From contig JAIVFI010000009.1 of the NCBI GenBank assembly GCA_025558095.1, positions 682,001-746,000 of the forward strand: a stretch of 64,000 nucleotides of DNA. The letters are read 5' to 3'. The position numbers were made by a program, and so were the translations under genes. The stretch comes from Hyaloraphidium curvatum SAG 235-1 (lineage: Eukaryota > Fungi > Monoblepharomycota). Under the pieces are notes generated by a model that saw only the letters and a program-made list of their open reading frames with translations, searched no databases and was not told the origin of the DNA. Below, in pieces: positions 22,545 to 34,018 of the stretch. The first letter of the stretch is position 1. The number at the start of each line of letters is the position of its first letter.

Positions 22545-25500
22545 TCAATAGTGATCCACGCACGGCCTCATCCTCCTGTTCCTCATCCCCAGCCACCCGA
22601 ACGTCACGGGCGACGCCCTGTACGCCCCCGTGCCGTGTTTCGGCCAGTCGTTCATGTCCCACGCGCCGTTGCGGCGGTCGTAGAACGGCTGGCTCCAGTA
22701 CCCCTCCGAGAACTGCACGTACCCCAGATCGGCCCCCTCGGCCCCGCACACGATCCGGTTCTCCGGCGTCCGTGCGCCGGCGAGCACCTCGACCCTCCTG
22801 CACCCAGCACCCTCGAGCAGCGAGGTGAACCCTCCGTCGTCGGGCCCGCCGCTGCCCTTGGCGCCGCCGCAGGGCCAGTAGTACGACCTGACCACGGTGC
22901 CCGTCGTCTGCCCGTTGGCGTAGAGCCGCCAGTCGTCGGGCTTGGGCTCCCTGTACCGGTACCACGGCGCGCTGAAGGGCGGGAAGGTGCCGCCGAGGGG
23001 GTCCTCGTCGCCCCCGGACCAGGCCCAGGAGGGGTTGCCGGCGTACTCGAACGTCGAGCTGTCCTTGTCGCCGCACCTTGGACGGGGGCGGGGTCAGTCC
23101 GCCGCGGGACGGCACCCGCGGGGGCGGGACCCACCAATCGGGACAGACGCCGTACGCGCCGGCCTTGGACGTCGCGCACGACTGCGTGATGCCGTCGGTG
23201 GGCACCCACGAATCCCACTGGTCCACCGTGCACACGTCCCAGAACGAGGGTATGACCTGCCTGAGGTACCTGCGCCCCGCCGCGGCGGCCACGGCGCCGG
23301 CGACCTCGCCGGCCTTGCCGAGGGCGTAGTCGCCGCTGATGCCGATGCCCGAGGCCGCGTCCATGGCGTGGAAGTAGTACAGCCGCATGCGGTCCTTGTT
23401 GATGTCGTTCAGCAGCCTGTCGCGGAAGACCTTGAGGGTGGCGTCCAGCGAGCTCTTGAGGTAGGCCTTGAGCTTGTCCCCGCCCTGGTTGACCTCGGTC
23501 GCGGGCTTGAAGCTGAGCTCGCCCTCCTGCCAGAAGACGTAGTAGAACTCCTGCCTGCTCGGCGACGTGTTGTCCATGATGGGCACGATGCTGTCCAGCG
23601 AGGAACCCAGCAAGGCCAGCAGCGGTCCCCACAGCGGGCTGCCCGCCGCCCTGTCGCCGGCGCCCACGTCCACCCCGTTCCGCGCCCCGGCGTCGGCCAG
23701 CGCGGCGGTCGCCAGCGCGTCCAGGAACGCCCAGTGCACCATCCCGGCGAACCCGAACCCGAACCTGAACACGGTCCCGTCCGCCTTGCCCTGCCCCGCG
23801 AGCCGCTCCAGCGCCCCGAGCAGCGAAGCCTGCATCCCGTCGAACAGCGGCGCGACCAGGTTGTCCGCCGCCGCGAGCCACCCCTGCGAGCTCCCGAGCC
23901 AGGCGATCTCGCTGCGCACCTCGCACGCGGCCTCGCACCGCAGCGCGTCGCCCAGGGCCGCCTTGGCGTCGGCGGTGATCCCGCGGTCGCAGGTGCCGGA
24001 AACGAACTGCATGCAGCCCTGCGCGATGCCGGGGCACTGCTGCGGCGCCTGGCGCCCGACCTTTTCCGCGGATGGCGGCACCGCGCGGGCGGTCTTGCCG
24101 CCGCAGTCGCACGCCCCCGAAAACGCGCGGTCCCATGCGGCGGCCCACTCCACCAGCGCCCCGCTCTCCAACGTCTCCTTGGACCCGTACTCGGGCCTCA
24201 GGTCCGCGGTGCGCCCCTTTGTCGCCGCGCACGAGGCGTATGCGTAGGTCTTCAGCAGCGCGCCGTCCTCGGTGTAGGCCCTGTACCCGCTCAGGCCGCT
24301 GTCCTCGCGGAAGGGCACCCAGTCGGGGAACGAGTCCCGGTACTCGCCCGAGTTCTTGTCGCTCCCGAGGTTGACCTTCCACCCCTTGGGCACCTGCGCG
24401 ACGGCCGCGAGGAAGCCCGTCGGCGCCGGGCCGCAGGTCGAGGTGCGCGCGTCGATCCAGCAGCTAGCGCACTCGCCGGGGGAGGAGACCTTGGCCCCCG
24501 CGGGCTGCTTGCCGGAGCACGTGGCGGTGCCGTCCGCGTGGGCGTCGTATTCGGTGCGGACGACGGGCAGGCACAGGCCCGTCTCGAACACGGCGGCGTC
24601 GCAGGCGGTGCCGGCGGGGCACTCGGCCGTGAAGACGCCCTTGTCCAAGCAGGGGGTGCAGGTGCCCGGGGGCACCGCGAGCTTGGCGGTGTCGAAAAAG
24701 GGGCCGGGGACGGCGTTGTCCTTGTTGGCCGCCTGGCCGGCCGATGGCGTGCCGGCGCCCTTGGGGCACGCGAACTTGGGGTCGCGCAGGGGGGTCGGCT
24801 TGTCGACGCAGATGCCGAGGACCATGTCGCAGGTGTAGGGCGCGTCGCAGGGGTTGTAGGACACCTTGCCTGTGAGGGTGGAGGGGAAGATCAGAAGCTT
24901 GGCGAAAAAGGGAGCGCCGGTCCGCCCACCGTAGTACAGAGTATCGGTGTTGGTGACGACGCACGTCGAGCCCTTGCCCCCCAAGGAGCGCCGCTTGATG
25001 CCGCTGCCGCCGCCCGCGTCCGAGGCATTCCGCGGCGGCACGCGCGCGTTGCGCCACGCGGCGACGATCTCGGCCGCGCGGTCGCAGTTCCTGTTGAGCG
25101 GCGCAACGGCGGGCAGCAGCTCCGAGTTTGCCGGGATGCACTGCCCGCAGACAAAGACGTGGTCGCACTGGCAGACGATGCCGTGCGAGGCGAGGCCGGC
25201 GTAGTCGCGCGTGCAGCTGGCGTTGGAGCCGGGGAGGAGCTCGGCCAGGGGCAGCACGGCGGGGCCGCCCTTCTCGCCGAAGCACTCGACGACGGAGGCG
25301 CAGGTGCCGTTCGTGCAGCAGCCCGAGGCGCAGGCCGCCGGCGCGCTGCAGGCGGCGCCGTGTGGAGCGCCGAGCCCGGCGGGGAAGCACGCCGACGAGT
25401 GCGCACACGCGCCCGCGAGGCAGCAGCCTGAGTCGCACTGCTGCCACGTCGACGCGGAGCAGCCGGCGCCGCGGTTGGCGCCTCCCGGCCAGCACACGGC

Positions 25501-25704
25501 GTGCGGGGCGCAGGTGCCGCCGACGCAGCACCCCGTCGTGCACTCCGAGTACGTCGACGCCGCGCACGCCTCGCCGAGCCGCGACGCGGAGAGCGCGTCG
25601 GCCGCCGCGATGGCCGCCTGCGCGTCCGGCGCGCGGGGGACGGGCCCGCTGGCAACCGCGGCGACCAGCGCCGCGAGGAAAACGGCGATGGCGGGAAGAC
25701 GCAT
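22545..25704 (-). CDS. Large secreted Cys-rich protein of unknown function (about 1,030 aa)
   Basis: Signal peptide MRLPAIAVFLAALVAAVAS, three CS...C.xGCC..G.C repeats, dibasic KRR site. One intron at about 23136-23078 joins CPDW to CGDKDS. Confidence 0.7.
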
Positions 25705-26099
25705 TTCGCGGTGTGGCCCGTGGCTCCGCCGCCCGATATAAGCCGCCGCCTCGAGCCGCCCGGGGCGCGGGGGGAACTTTCCGAGTGGGGCGGAGGGGCG
25801 AGCAGGCGCTGGCGCAGCGCGGGCTGGGGGCCCCTGGCTGAACCAAAAGCCGATTATTCCCCCGACGGCCGACCCGTCTATATTGGCCAATCGCCGGGAT
25901 GGATTACGGCCATGTTGCTCCGGGTTCCACCGCGCCCTCGGCCGCCGGGCCTGGACGGGACATCGGTGCGGGAGACCGCCCGGGACCCCGGCATCAGAAG
26001 CGCCGCCCCACGCAACCAGGCACTTTCTTGTCCTTGGCGATCTTGGCCTCGAGGCGTGCATCGCAGCATGGAGCCGAGTCCATGCGGCCGCAGGGTCGG

Positions 26100-28013
26100 T
26101 GTGGGCGGGGTAGGTGGTTGCGGACGCATTCGCGTCTCATCGGGTCATCGGGCAGGCCGTCTTCCCAGCGCCCGCCATCGCCGCCGTCCAGAATCACCTC
26201 CGCGCGCGGCCCCGCGGCCCGGCACCATCGCGATGGCGCCAACGAGTGCCATGTCCATATGAGCCTCCGGCCGCGGGGCCCGCCGCACGCCTGCGCTGGC
26301 GCGCGATGCGCCACGTCACCGCACGGCCGGACGGGGAGGGAGGCACCCGCGCGCCGGACAGCCTCCATCGCAGCCGATGGTTGCGATTCGAGGCCCGAGA
26401 AGGCCGCGCGGGGGCATTCGGACCCGCGTGGGAGGGACACGGGACGGACGGGCCGGGGCGCCGGAGGCTTCTCCTGTCGACCTGGCGCCTCTGCGGGGCC
26501 CCGTAAAGGACGGGAAGTCCGGCGCCACGGAGGGACATGCTCGGACGGAACAGGAGCAACTGACGCGGCCGGCACCGGGCTTCCGCACCCGTCGCGGCTG
26601 GCCTTGTCGCGACATTGACCGCGTCGAAGCCGGGTGCCGGCCCGCCCGCCCGGACCATCGGCAACGATACCTGGGATGACTTACGCTTCGAGGTGGCACC
26701 CGTGGGCGTATGGATGCGACGGAGCACAACCGGCAGGTCGTGCTCGTCGATTGCCATGCCGTCCGCGGGGGCTCCCTACAATCCAAGTACTTGGTCGCTC
26801 GGGGTCGGAGTACCATCGGCGGACCGTGCACTCAGGAGCTCTTTCACCTTTCGGCGCTACTGCACCGCATCACGGAGCCCGTCGGACGCTCGGGCGTTCA
26901 CGGACGGGCGAAGGCGGCACCCGCGCCGGGGACCGCATTTCATCGCAGCCCAAGGTCGCGGTGGGAATGCGTGATCAAGTTCGCGGGGATTGCGTGGTGC
27001 TCCGGCGCAGGACGGATGGGCCATAGGAGGCCGAGGCGCCGGAGGCTTATGCGTCGGGGGCCGCCGTTGCGGAGGCCCCGTCGTCCGAGACCCGACAATT
27101 CTCCGGCGCCGCGGCCTATATCTTCGGACTAGGAAAGGCTCGATCATGCTGGTCTCCAAGGAAGTGGCCGGCGCGGAACGGCTCGACGGGTCGCGGCGAG
27201 GAACCGCGATCTGTCGCGAAAGACCGTGCCGGCAACTCCCGGCCCCGACCGGACCCGGACTTGTTCCGATCGTGGCGCCTCGAACTGCGGAGCGTCGGAG
27301 CGGCGCCCGCGGTCGGCATGGGACCGGCGCAGCCACACGCCGCCCTGGTTGCGCGTGATTCGATCCAGACGGCCGCAGGGGCAGTCACGTGTCCGCACCA
27401 ACTTCGCATGTTGGCAGAGGAGCCGGCTGCGGCAGCGACGTGGAGCTGCATATATTGCAGTTCCCTGATAGTCAGCTTGTCCTGCTGCCGGCTCCGAAGC
27501 ACGCGCATCGTACAGAGCCTTCACGGGTATCGATCGGGACAGAGGATTGAGAGAGCTGGTTGGATTTGCCCTCGACGGAGGCATCGGGACGCCACGATAT
27601 CGATCGGAAAGCGGACAAGGCGGCGGATGCCACGGATGGGATGGCACCCGCTCAGTCGGGCTCCCTTCGTCGCGGCCGCGGACCGCAACGAACGGGGCTT
27701 GATCTCCGAGGGGGCACGCCAGCTCGGACATGCACGGTGCGGACCGGAGAGGCATGTGTACGTAACTGGACAGCGATGCGCCGGGTTTCGCGGCTGGACC
27801 ACTAGCTCGGAGATCCAGATGAACACCCGTGTCTTCGAACGCATGGGCATCGGAGCCGGCGGCGTGCGGCCTACGGAGCTGCAGTTCGGAGCTCTGTACT
27901 TCACCGACTGCTGCCTGCACCGGCGAGCTCTGATTTGTTCGTGGGCGTTTCGATACAGGTCGGCGCCTCACGAGGGACCGCGCGCGATTCCGGCAAGAGC
28001 TGGCACTACGTGA
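26100..28013 (+). mobile_element. Decayed TnpB/Fanzor-like element, copy B
   Basis: IAAVQNHL, WRAMRHVTA, SIAADGCDS (26364-26390), VAVGMRD (26955), LISE...TC.RCG (27699-27743), PTELQFGALYFTDCC (27870-27914). Nucleotide similarity to copy A in colinear patches along its length. Confidence 0.6.
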
Positions 28014-28209
28014 GGGGGTCCTGAGCCGCCGTGTTCGTCACGGATTGCACAGTCCGGTGTATTCCAGACGACAAATGGATCTCTCCTTAAGATCATCCGT
28101 TCTAAAGCTCCGGCGAGGTAGTCCGAGGTTGGCACGTCGATCGAGTCTGCTCTGCTTTGCCACCGCCACCCACTCCTCTGTCCCCCGCGCGCCTAAACAC
28201 AGCGTCGCG

Positions 28210-29841
28210 ATGGCGGACGTTCGCGACATGGCGGAAGACCGCGGAGACACCGCAGTTGCCGTCGAGCCGGGGGAGCCGCACGCAGCGGACGCGGGCGCCG
28301 TCGTTTCCGAGGCCGCCGCCGCCGGGTCGCCGCGCTCTGAGGCCGAGACGGAAATGCCCGACGCGGAGCTCGCGTCGGTCGTCGTCGACGACGCCCCGCA
28401 GAAGGACGCCCCGCAGAAGGACGCCCTGCAGAAGGACGCCCCGCAGAAGGACGAGCCCGCGCCGGAGAGCGCGCCCGCGCCGCCGGACCCCCCGCCCGAC
28501 GGCGGCCGCACGGCGTGGTCGCAGGTCGTCGCAAACTTCTTCATCCAGTTCTTCGGCGTCGGCTTCTCGACCGCATTCGGCGTCCTCGTGCGCTTCTACA
28601 TCTCGACGGGCTTCTTCGGGCCGGGCATCAACCAGACCGCCGTCTCGCTCATCAACGGCGTGGGAGGCTGCGTCGGCTTCATCATCGCGCCGTTCGTCGG
28701 CACTTTTGCCGACCGCTACGGGTACCGCCTCATTTCCGTGATCGGCGCCGTCATCTTTGCCGCCTTCAACCTCGTCGCGGGCTTCTCGAACGGCAGCTAC
28801 GCGGTGGCCTTCCTGTTCCAGGGCCCGCTCTCCTCCATCGGCTTCATGATGAACTGGATCCCGTCGGTCGGCACCGTCGCGCAGTGGTTTACGACGCGCC
28901 GCGGGCTGGCCATCTCGATAGGCGGAGCCGGGTCGGGGTTGGGCGGCCTGGCCATGGCGTCGCTCACGCAGTACCTGCTCGACCGGCTCGGGTTCCAGTG
29001 GGCCATCGTGACCCTGAGCGGCATTCTGCTCGCGACCCTCTCCCCCTGCGCCCTGATCCTCCGCACCCGTCTGGCTCCCAAAAGGCGCAAGTTCTCCGTC
29101 GACTTTTCCTCTTTCAAAGACCCGACCTTTGTCCTCCTCTGGGCCGCGTGCTTTAGCTGTTATTTTGCATTCCCGCTTCCACTCGTCTTCCTCCCCAGCT
29201 ATGCCTCGCAATCCGGCATCGCCGCATCTACCGCCGCCCTCGTCCTCGGCGTCAACAACGCCACCTCGGCCCCGGCCCGCATCTCGTGGGGCTGGCTCAT
29301 GGACCGCATCGGTGCCGTCAACGTGTTTGCCCTCGCCTGCGCCGTAGCGGCCATCTCGTGCTTCGCCCTCGCGCCCTTCGCCAAGTCCGAGGGACTGCTG
29401 TTCCTCTTCGCCATCCTGTACGGCGGGTCGGGGGGCTGCTTCATGATCTTTCCCCCCACAACCACCGCGCACCTGTTCGGAGTTGCCGAGACGGCGAGCA
29501 AGCTCGGGCTGATCTACCTGTCGCTGGCCGTCGGCGCGCTGCTCGGGACATTTTCCGGTGCGCAGTCATGCAGCGCCGAAACCGGTTCCCCTGACGTTCT
29601 CGTTCGTGTTCGTTCGCAGGCGGCCAGATCCTCGCCTCCCACACGTACGGCGGCTCCACTGACTACACCGCCTTCTGTAAGTTCTCCCCCCTGCTGGACC
29701 CCAACCGGACTCCCTGACCTGACCGCCGTCTTCCCCGTTCCGCCAGGGATGTTTTGCGGCACCGCATGGGCGTGCGGGTGCGTGCTGCTGCTCGGGCTCA
29801 AGGTGCGGCTCAAGGGATGGAGGGTAGCGGAGAAGGTGTAG
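28210..29841 (+). CDS. MFS transporter, monocarboxylate porter (MCH/MCT) family
   Basis: PPDGGRTAW, GTFADRYGYR, QWFTTRRGLAISIGGAGSGLGG and GWLMDRIG. Two 3' introns. Confidence 0.9.
   Translation: MADVRDMAEDRGDTAVAVEPGEPHAADAGAVVSEAAAAGSPRSEAETEMPDAELASVVVDDAPQKDAPQKDALQKDAPQKDEPAPESAPAPPDPPPDGGRTAWSQVVANFFIQFFGVGFSTAFGVLVRFYISTGFFGPGINQTAVSLINGVGGCVGFIIAPFVGTFADRYGYRLISVIGAVIFAAFNLVAGFSNGSYAVAFLFQGPLSSIGFMMNWIPSVGTVAQWFTTRRGLAISIGGAGSGLGGLAMASLTQYLLDRLGFQWAIVTLSGILLATLSPCALILRTRLAPKRRKFSVDFSSFKDPTFVLLWAACFSCYFAFPLPLVFLPSYASQSGIAASTAALVLGVNNATSAPARISWGWLMDRIGAVNVFALACAVAAISCFALAPFAKSEGLLFLFAILYGGSGGCFMIFPPTTTAHLFGVAETASKLGLIYLSLAVGALLGTFSGAQSCSAETGSPDVLVRVRSQAARSSPPTRTAAPLTTPPSVSSPPCWTPTGLPDLTAVFPVPPGMFCGTAWACGCVLLLGLKVRLKGWRVAEKV
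28390..28452 (+). repeat. Coding 15-bp tandem repeat, 4 copies (DAPQK)
   Basis: GACGCCCCGCAGAAG repeated four times with one substitution. Confidence 0.9.
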
Positions 29842-29959
29842 CCGAAAATGACCCTCGGGAAAGACGGGTCTGCTCTGTCGCAAAGGACTCGAAGGAATAC
29901 CACGCTTTCTCACCCCGATTCCCACTTCGGACTTGAAGTCCGATTCGGATTCTCGACCA

Positions 29960-31348
29960 CTAGCGCCGGGTCAAGCAGCCCTCGGCTCGCTCCCTCACCC
30001 TCTTCAAATACTCCCGCCGCAGCTCGGCGAACTCGTCGCCAAGAAGATCCACGTGGGTCGATAGGAGAAGGATCGCGAGGCATTGATTGCGTTGCTCGGC
30101 CGGCCTTTGGAACGGCAGCATGGGGATGCCGGGCCACCCGTCTCCCAGCGCGACGGCGGCCTTCGTGAGCCCGCGCAGCCCTAGGGCAAACTCCGCGACG
30201 CTCTCGGGGCCGTCGGTGCCTTTCAGCTCCAGTCCGCGATCTGAGCTGTATCTACCGGCCCCACGCCCGATGCGGAGGGTCTGGAGCTCCGGCCAGGGGC
30301 GAAAGTCGCTGAGCTGGGGCAAGCTCAGCACGTTGAGCTTCAGGTGGTGCACTGTTCCGAGCCAGGCCATCAGCTGGAGGTCCGCGAGGCACACCTCGTC
30401 CTTCTTCTCGAAGCACTCCGCCTCCAGGTTGTCGATCACGGTCGGCTGGAAACCGCTCCGCCTGACCAGGGCGCGGAAAATCCGCCAGTCCTGCGGCGTG
30501 AAGCGGTCCCACGCCGCCACGACATGTGCGGGGATCTCCTCGGCAAACTCCAGGGCCGCACGGTTGTGCTCCGCGCGGGGACCGACAAACATCCACAGGT
30601 TGAGCTCTACGCCCGCCTGGGGACACGCGCTGAGGACGGCCGTGGCAATGGAGGTGTCGGCATGGCCCCACAGGGTGAGCTTACGGAGGGAGGGTGGCGG
30701 CCGGATGCGCGGGATGTCGCCTGGGAAAAAGAGCCTGCGGTCGTAGGGCAGGGTGATTCGAAGCTCCTCCAGGGCTGATAGCGGCAGGGAGAACAACGCG
30801 AGGAATTCGCCCGCGGTGTACGCGTCAATCCAGAGGTAGCGAATATTGGTGAACCTGCCCAGCACCGCAATGAGCAAGCTGGCATGGAGTTCGTCGTTGT
30901 CCATCACGGTCAGCTCCCGCACCGCGTGGGCATGCTGTCCGGTCGCCGTGCCCCACAGCTTCTCGAACAGCGCCCCAGGACGTCTCACCCGGTGCTCCGC
31001 ATCGACCTTGAGATCCGGCGTGGATTTGAGGCGCGGCGCAAGCAGGTGGTAGCACGCCCGCGACATCCTCGTCATCCGGACGAACGTGCTGTCGCACTTG
31101 CGCTCCACAAAGTCGGCGACCCGCACCAGGAGCTTGGCCGGAAGCCGGGGCCCGTATCCCGCCCCTTGGATCTCCCCATAGGAGCCCTCGTCGATGGGGA
31201 GCGGGATCCCGGCCCGGTCGAGGACGCCCTCGAGCAGTGCGACTCGGCGCTCCAACTGGGCTATGCGCCGACGGAACGTCTCCCGCTCGGCGTCGGCGAG
31301 CGGCCCCCCTTCCTGCACCGCCGGCGGTCGTTCTTGGCACGACAACAT
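29960..31348 (-). CDS. Coiled-coil + F-box-like + LRR-like protein
   Basis: RIAQLERRVALLE, LPAKLLVRVADFV and LEELRI/LRKLTL/LQTLRI repeats. Confidence 0.55.
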   Translation of the reverse strand: MLSCQERPPAVQEGGPLADAERETFRRRIAQLERRVALLEGVLDRAGIPLPIDEGSYGEIQGAGYGPRLPAKLLVRVADFVERKCDSTFVRMTRMSRACYHLLAPRLKSTPDLKVDAEHRVRRPGALFEKLWGTATGQHAHAVRELTVMDNDELHASLLIAVLGRFTNIRYLWIDAYTAGEFLALFSLPLSALEELRITLPYDRRLFFPGDIPRIRPPPSLRKLTLWGHADTSIATAVLSACPQAGVELNLWMFVGPRAEHNRAALEFAEEIPAHVVAAWDRFTPQDWRIFRALVRRSGFQPTVIDNLEAECFEKKDEVCLADLQLMAWLGTVHHLKLNVLSLPQLSDFRPWPELQTLRIGRGAGRYSSDRGLELKGTDGPESVAEFALGLRGLTKAAVALGDGWPGIPMLPFQRPAEQRNQCLAILLLSTHVDLLGDEFAELRREYLKRVRERAEGCLTRR

Positions 31349-31620
31349 ATCAAAGCATGCTACGGCGGAGTGGAAACGGCGCGGCTGGAGTCGGGGAGCT
31401 CGACCGAATTCGGCGCGGCGCGTTTGGAAGGCAGGTGACTCCGTGGCTGCCAAGACCTGGACCAGATTTCACGAGCCTTTCATCATTGCTTGCGCCTACC
31501 GCTCGCCGCCTAACCGCCGCAACAGTCTCTACAAACCATGTTCCAGAACTGCCCGATCCACTTGCATCACCAGGGGAGCTGGGCCGGCAAACCACCACCT
31601 TTCGCACACAGCATCCGCGG

Positions 31621-33562
31621 CTACCTCCCCATGCTCCCCTTGGCATCCGCGTTCCCCTCCCTCAACGCCGCCCAGTCCCCCACCGTCTCGGGATGCAGCT
31701 TCTCCGCCCTCACCCCACGCCGCAGGGACAGCGAACCGGCGCTGCCGGCCGCCCCCAAGCTCGCCAAGGTGCCCCCCGTCGGCGCGCGCGCGGGCTGCGG
31801 CGGCTCGGGCTCGGGTTCGGGCCGGGGGCTGGGCGGGCGGATCATGATGGGCGCGAGGACCTGCACGTGGAATGGGGTAAGCTGAGCCCAATGCCGTGAA
31901 ACACTGGGTCCGATGCGGCCCACCTTGCGCTTGAACTTTGCGTACTTCGACTCGGGGGGCTCCAACGCGTCGGTGGCACCCCGATCCACGGGTGCCTCTT
32001 CCTCGTCCTTCGGCGGGGTGCCGTCGTGGTCGAGGGATCCGTTCAGCTCCGCACCTGGACGGTGCTCGACTTCCAGGACTTGAAAGCGAGCGCAGATTAG
32101 GAGCTGACAGCCAGCAAAAGTTCCAGGCCACGCACCCTTCATCACTCTTTCGGTCCCTCCGCCGACAAACACGACCGAGATGAAGATGATGACGAGCTGC
32201 CAATAACGATCAGTTGCAGTCCACCCAGCACCCTTTGTGCGCGCTCACTGTCGTGCCCACGCAGAGCTGCCTGTACGCGAGCGGCAGATAAGCGTTCTCG
32301 CCGAGCTCGAGCGAGAGCACAAAGGCAATTCCGCCCCGCAGGCCGGCGTAAATGAGGAACAAGATCCCCCTCCACCCGAACCGATCCTCCTTGCGCACCT
32401 TGGTCAGGTTGCAGAGCGGTACCAAAAGTACGATCGACGCAATCCTTCCCACGAGGATGGCGCACACCGAGTAGGCGATGACGGCCGCGTCGTAGGTCCG
32501 ATCCTGATCCGACGTGCCCAGGATGCCGAAGCCGAGGTACACGAAGAGCATGTTCTCGAGGAACAGGCTGAGCACCCGAAGAACCTTCTCCACGGTGCGC
32601 TCGGCCTCGGGGCTGAGACTGGGCACCACGATCTCGGCGCAGAACATGCCCATGGCTAGTACCGTGATTATGCCCGAGAGGGCGAAGTAATCCGAAAAGA
32701 TGTAGGAGCAGTAGGCCAGCCCCAACACGAGGGCCGTCTCATTGACGCTGCCGCGCTGCCGGTACGGTATCCACCGCAGGGCGAGCGCGACCACCACGCC
32801 GAAGAGCAGTCCGACGCCGAGGGCGCCAAAGAAGATCGCCAGGGCCCGGCCGATAGCCCGGCCGACCGTCCCCGCGCCGATCTCCGACCCCGGTTCCAGC
32901 AGCTGCGAGGTGAGCTGGTACATGATGATGGCCACGGCGTCGTTGAGCGCGGCCTCGCCGAAAATCAGCGTGTCCAGGTCCGGGTGGCAGGGGACGGCCT
33001 GGAAGGTGGCCAGCACCGAGACGGGGTCCGTGGCGGCAAGTACCGAGGAGAAGGTGAGGGATTCGAGGAAGGATTCGAAGCCGCCCTGGTGGTATGCCAT
33101 CGAACAGGCGTACATGATGGCGGCGGCGACAAAGGAAGAAATGACGACGCCCAAAGACGCGGTGGTGAGGATGAAGACCAGGTTCTTGCGGAAGCGGGGC
33201 CGGTTCACAGAGTACCCGGCCTCGAACATGATCGGAGGGAGGATCACGTAGAAGAAAAAGGTCGAGTTGAGCACGACGGCGAACTCGAGGGCGCCCCCGG
33301 ATCCATAGTTGACGGCGGCGCCAACGGCCAGGCCGATGAGCACGCAAATCGTGGTGTCGGGGAGGAACAGCCAGCGTGCGCGCCACGTGAAGACCGAAAT
33401 CGACATCCCGACGACCGTGCAGGCGATGGCAATCATTCCGGCGAGGGCCATGCCGGCCTCGAAAGTCTCGACCTCGTCCGGCGTCGGCGCGGTGCCGTTC
33501 AGCGCGGCATCGTACCGCGCCCCGAGCTGGCTGCCGGGACCAAACGCCCGAAGCCGCGGCAT
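31621..33562 (-). CDS. Na+/H+ exchanger (CPA1, NHX1-like), spliced
   Basis: FFFYVILPPIMFEAGY, ATDPVSVLA, IFGEAALNDAVAI and AGLRGGIAF. Confidence 0.9.
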
Positions 33563-34018
33563 TGTTTGGTGGCGACAAGGAGGGTCCGCACGCGAGGCCG
33601 GAGAGGCACACTGAGGCGGGCCCTTGGTGTTCGCCCTCCCGGTACCGAAGAAAAGCACGCGGTGTACCGGTCCCCTGTGGTGCTCCCGGCCGTGCCTCGG
33701 AGAGAGGACAGAGCGGACGCGTCACGCGTCTCCCGCGGGATCCGGCGAGTTCACGCACGCCGGCCCGTCGGAAGCGGTGCCGGCGCCAAATATGCGCTCA
33801 TGGCTCGCGGAACCGGAACAGAGCCCCTCTTCCGGAAGCGGGGCTGGCCGGAAGTCCGCGATGTGGCTGGCTCACACATGCGAAGTGTGGCGCAGCGCCT
33901 GGGTCCGGGGTCGAAGTTCACGTCCACCGCAAATCCGCTCTTCTCTTGCAGTCCAGGAGAGCTACAGGGATGGGATGTGACGGATCAAGAGTCAGACAGC
34001 ACGTTGATGTTCAAGAGG

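Noticed and set aside
19894-26061. 2,055-aa ORF
   Set aside because: Artefact: the real secreted-protein exon reads through an intron into an off-frame shadow of downstream genes. High GC suppresses stop codons.
27840-27904. Minus-strand YRAP(N/E) kinase-like motif, also at about 12990
   Set aside because: Synonymous changes and motif order support the plus-strand reading (PTELxFGAL), and no other kinase motifs are present.
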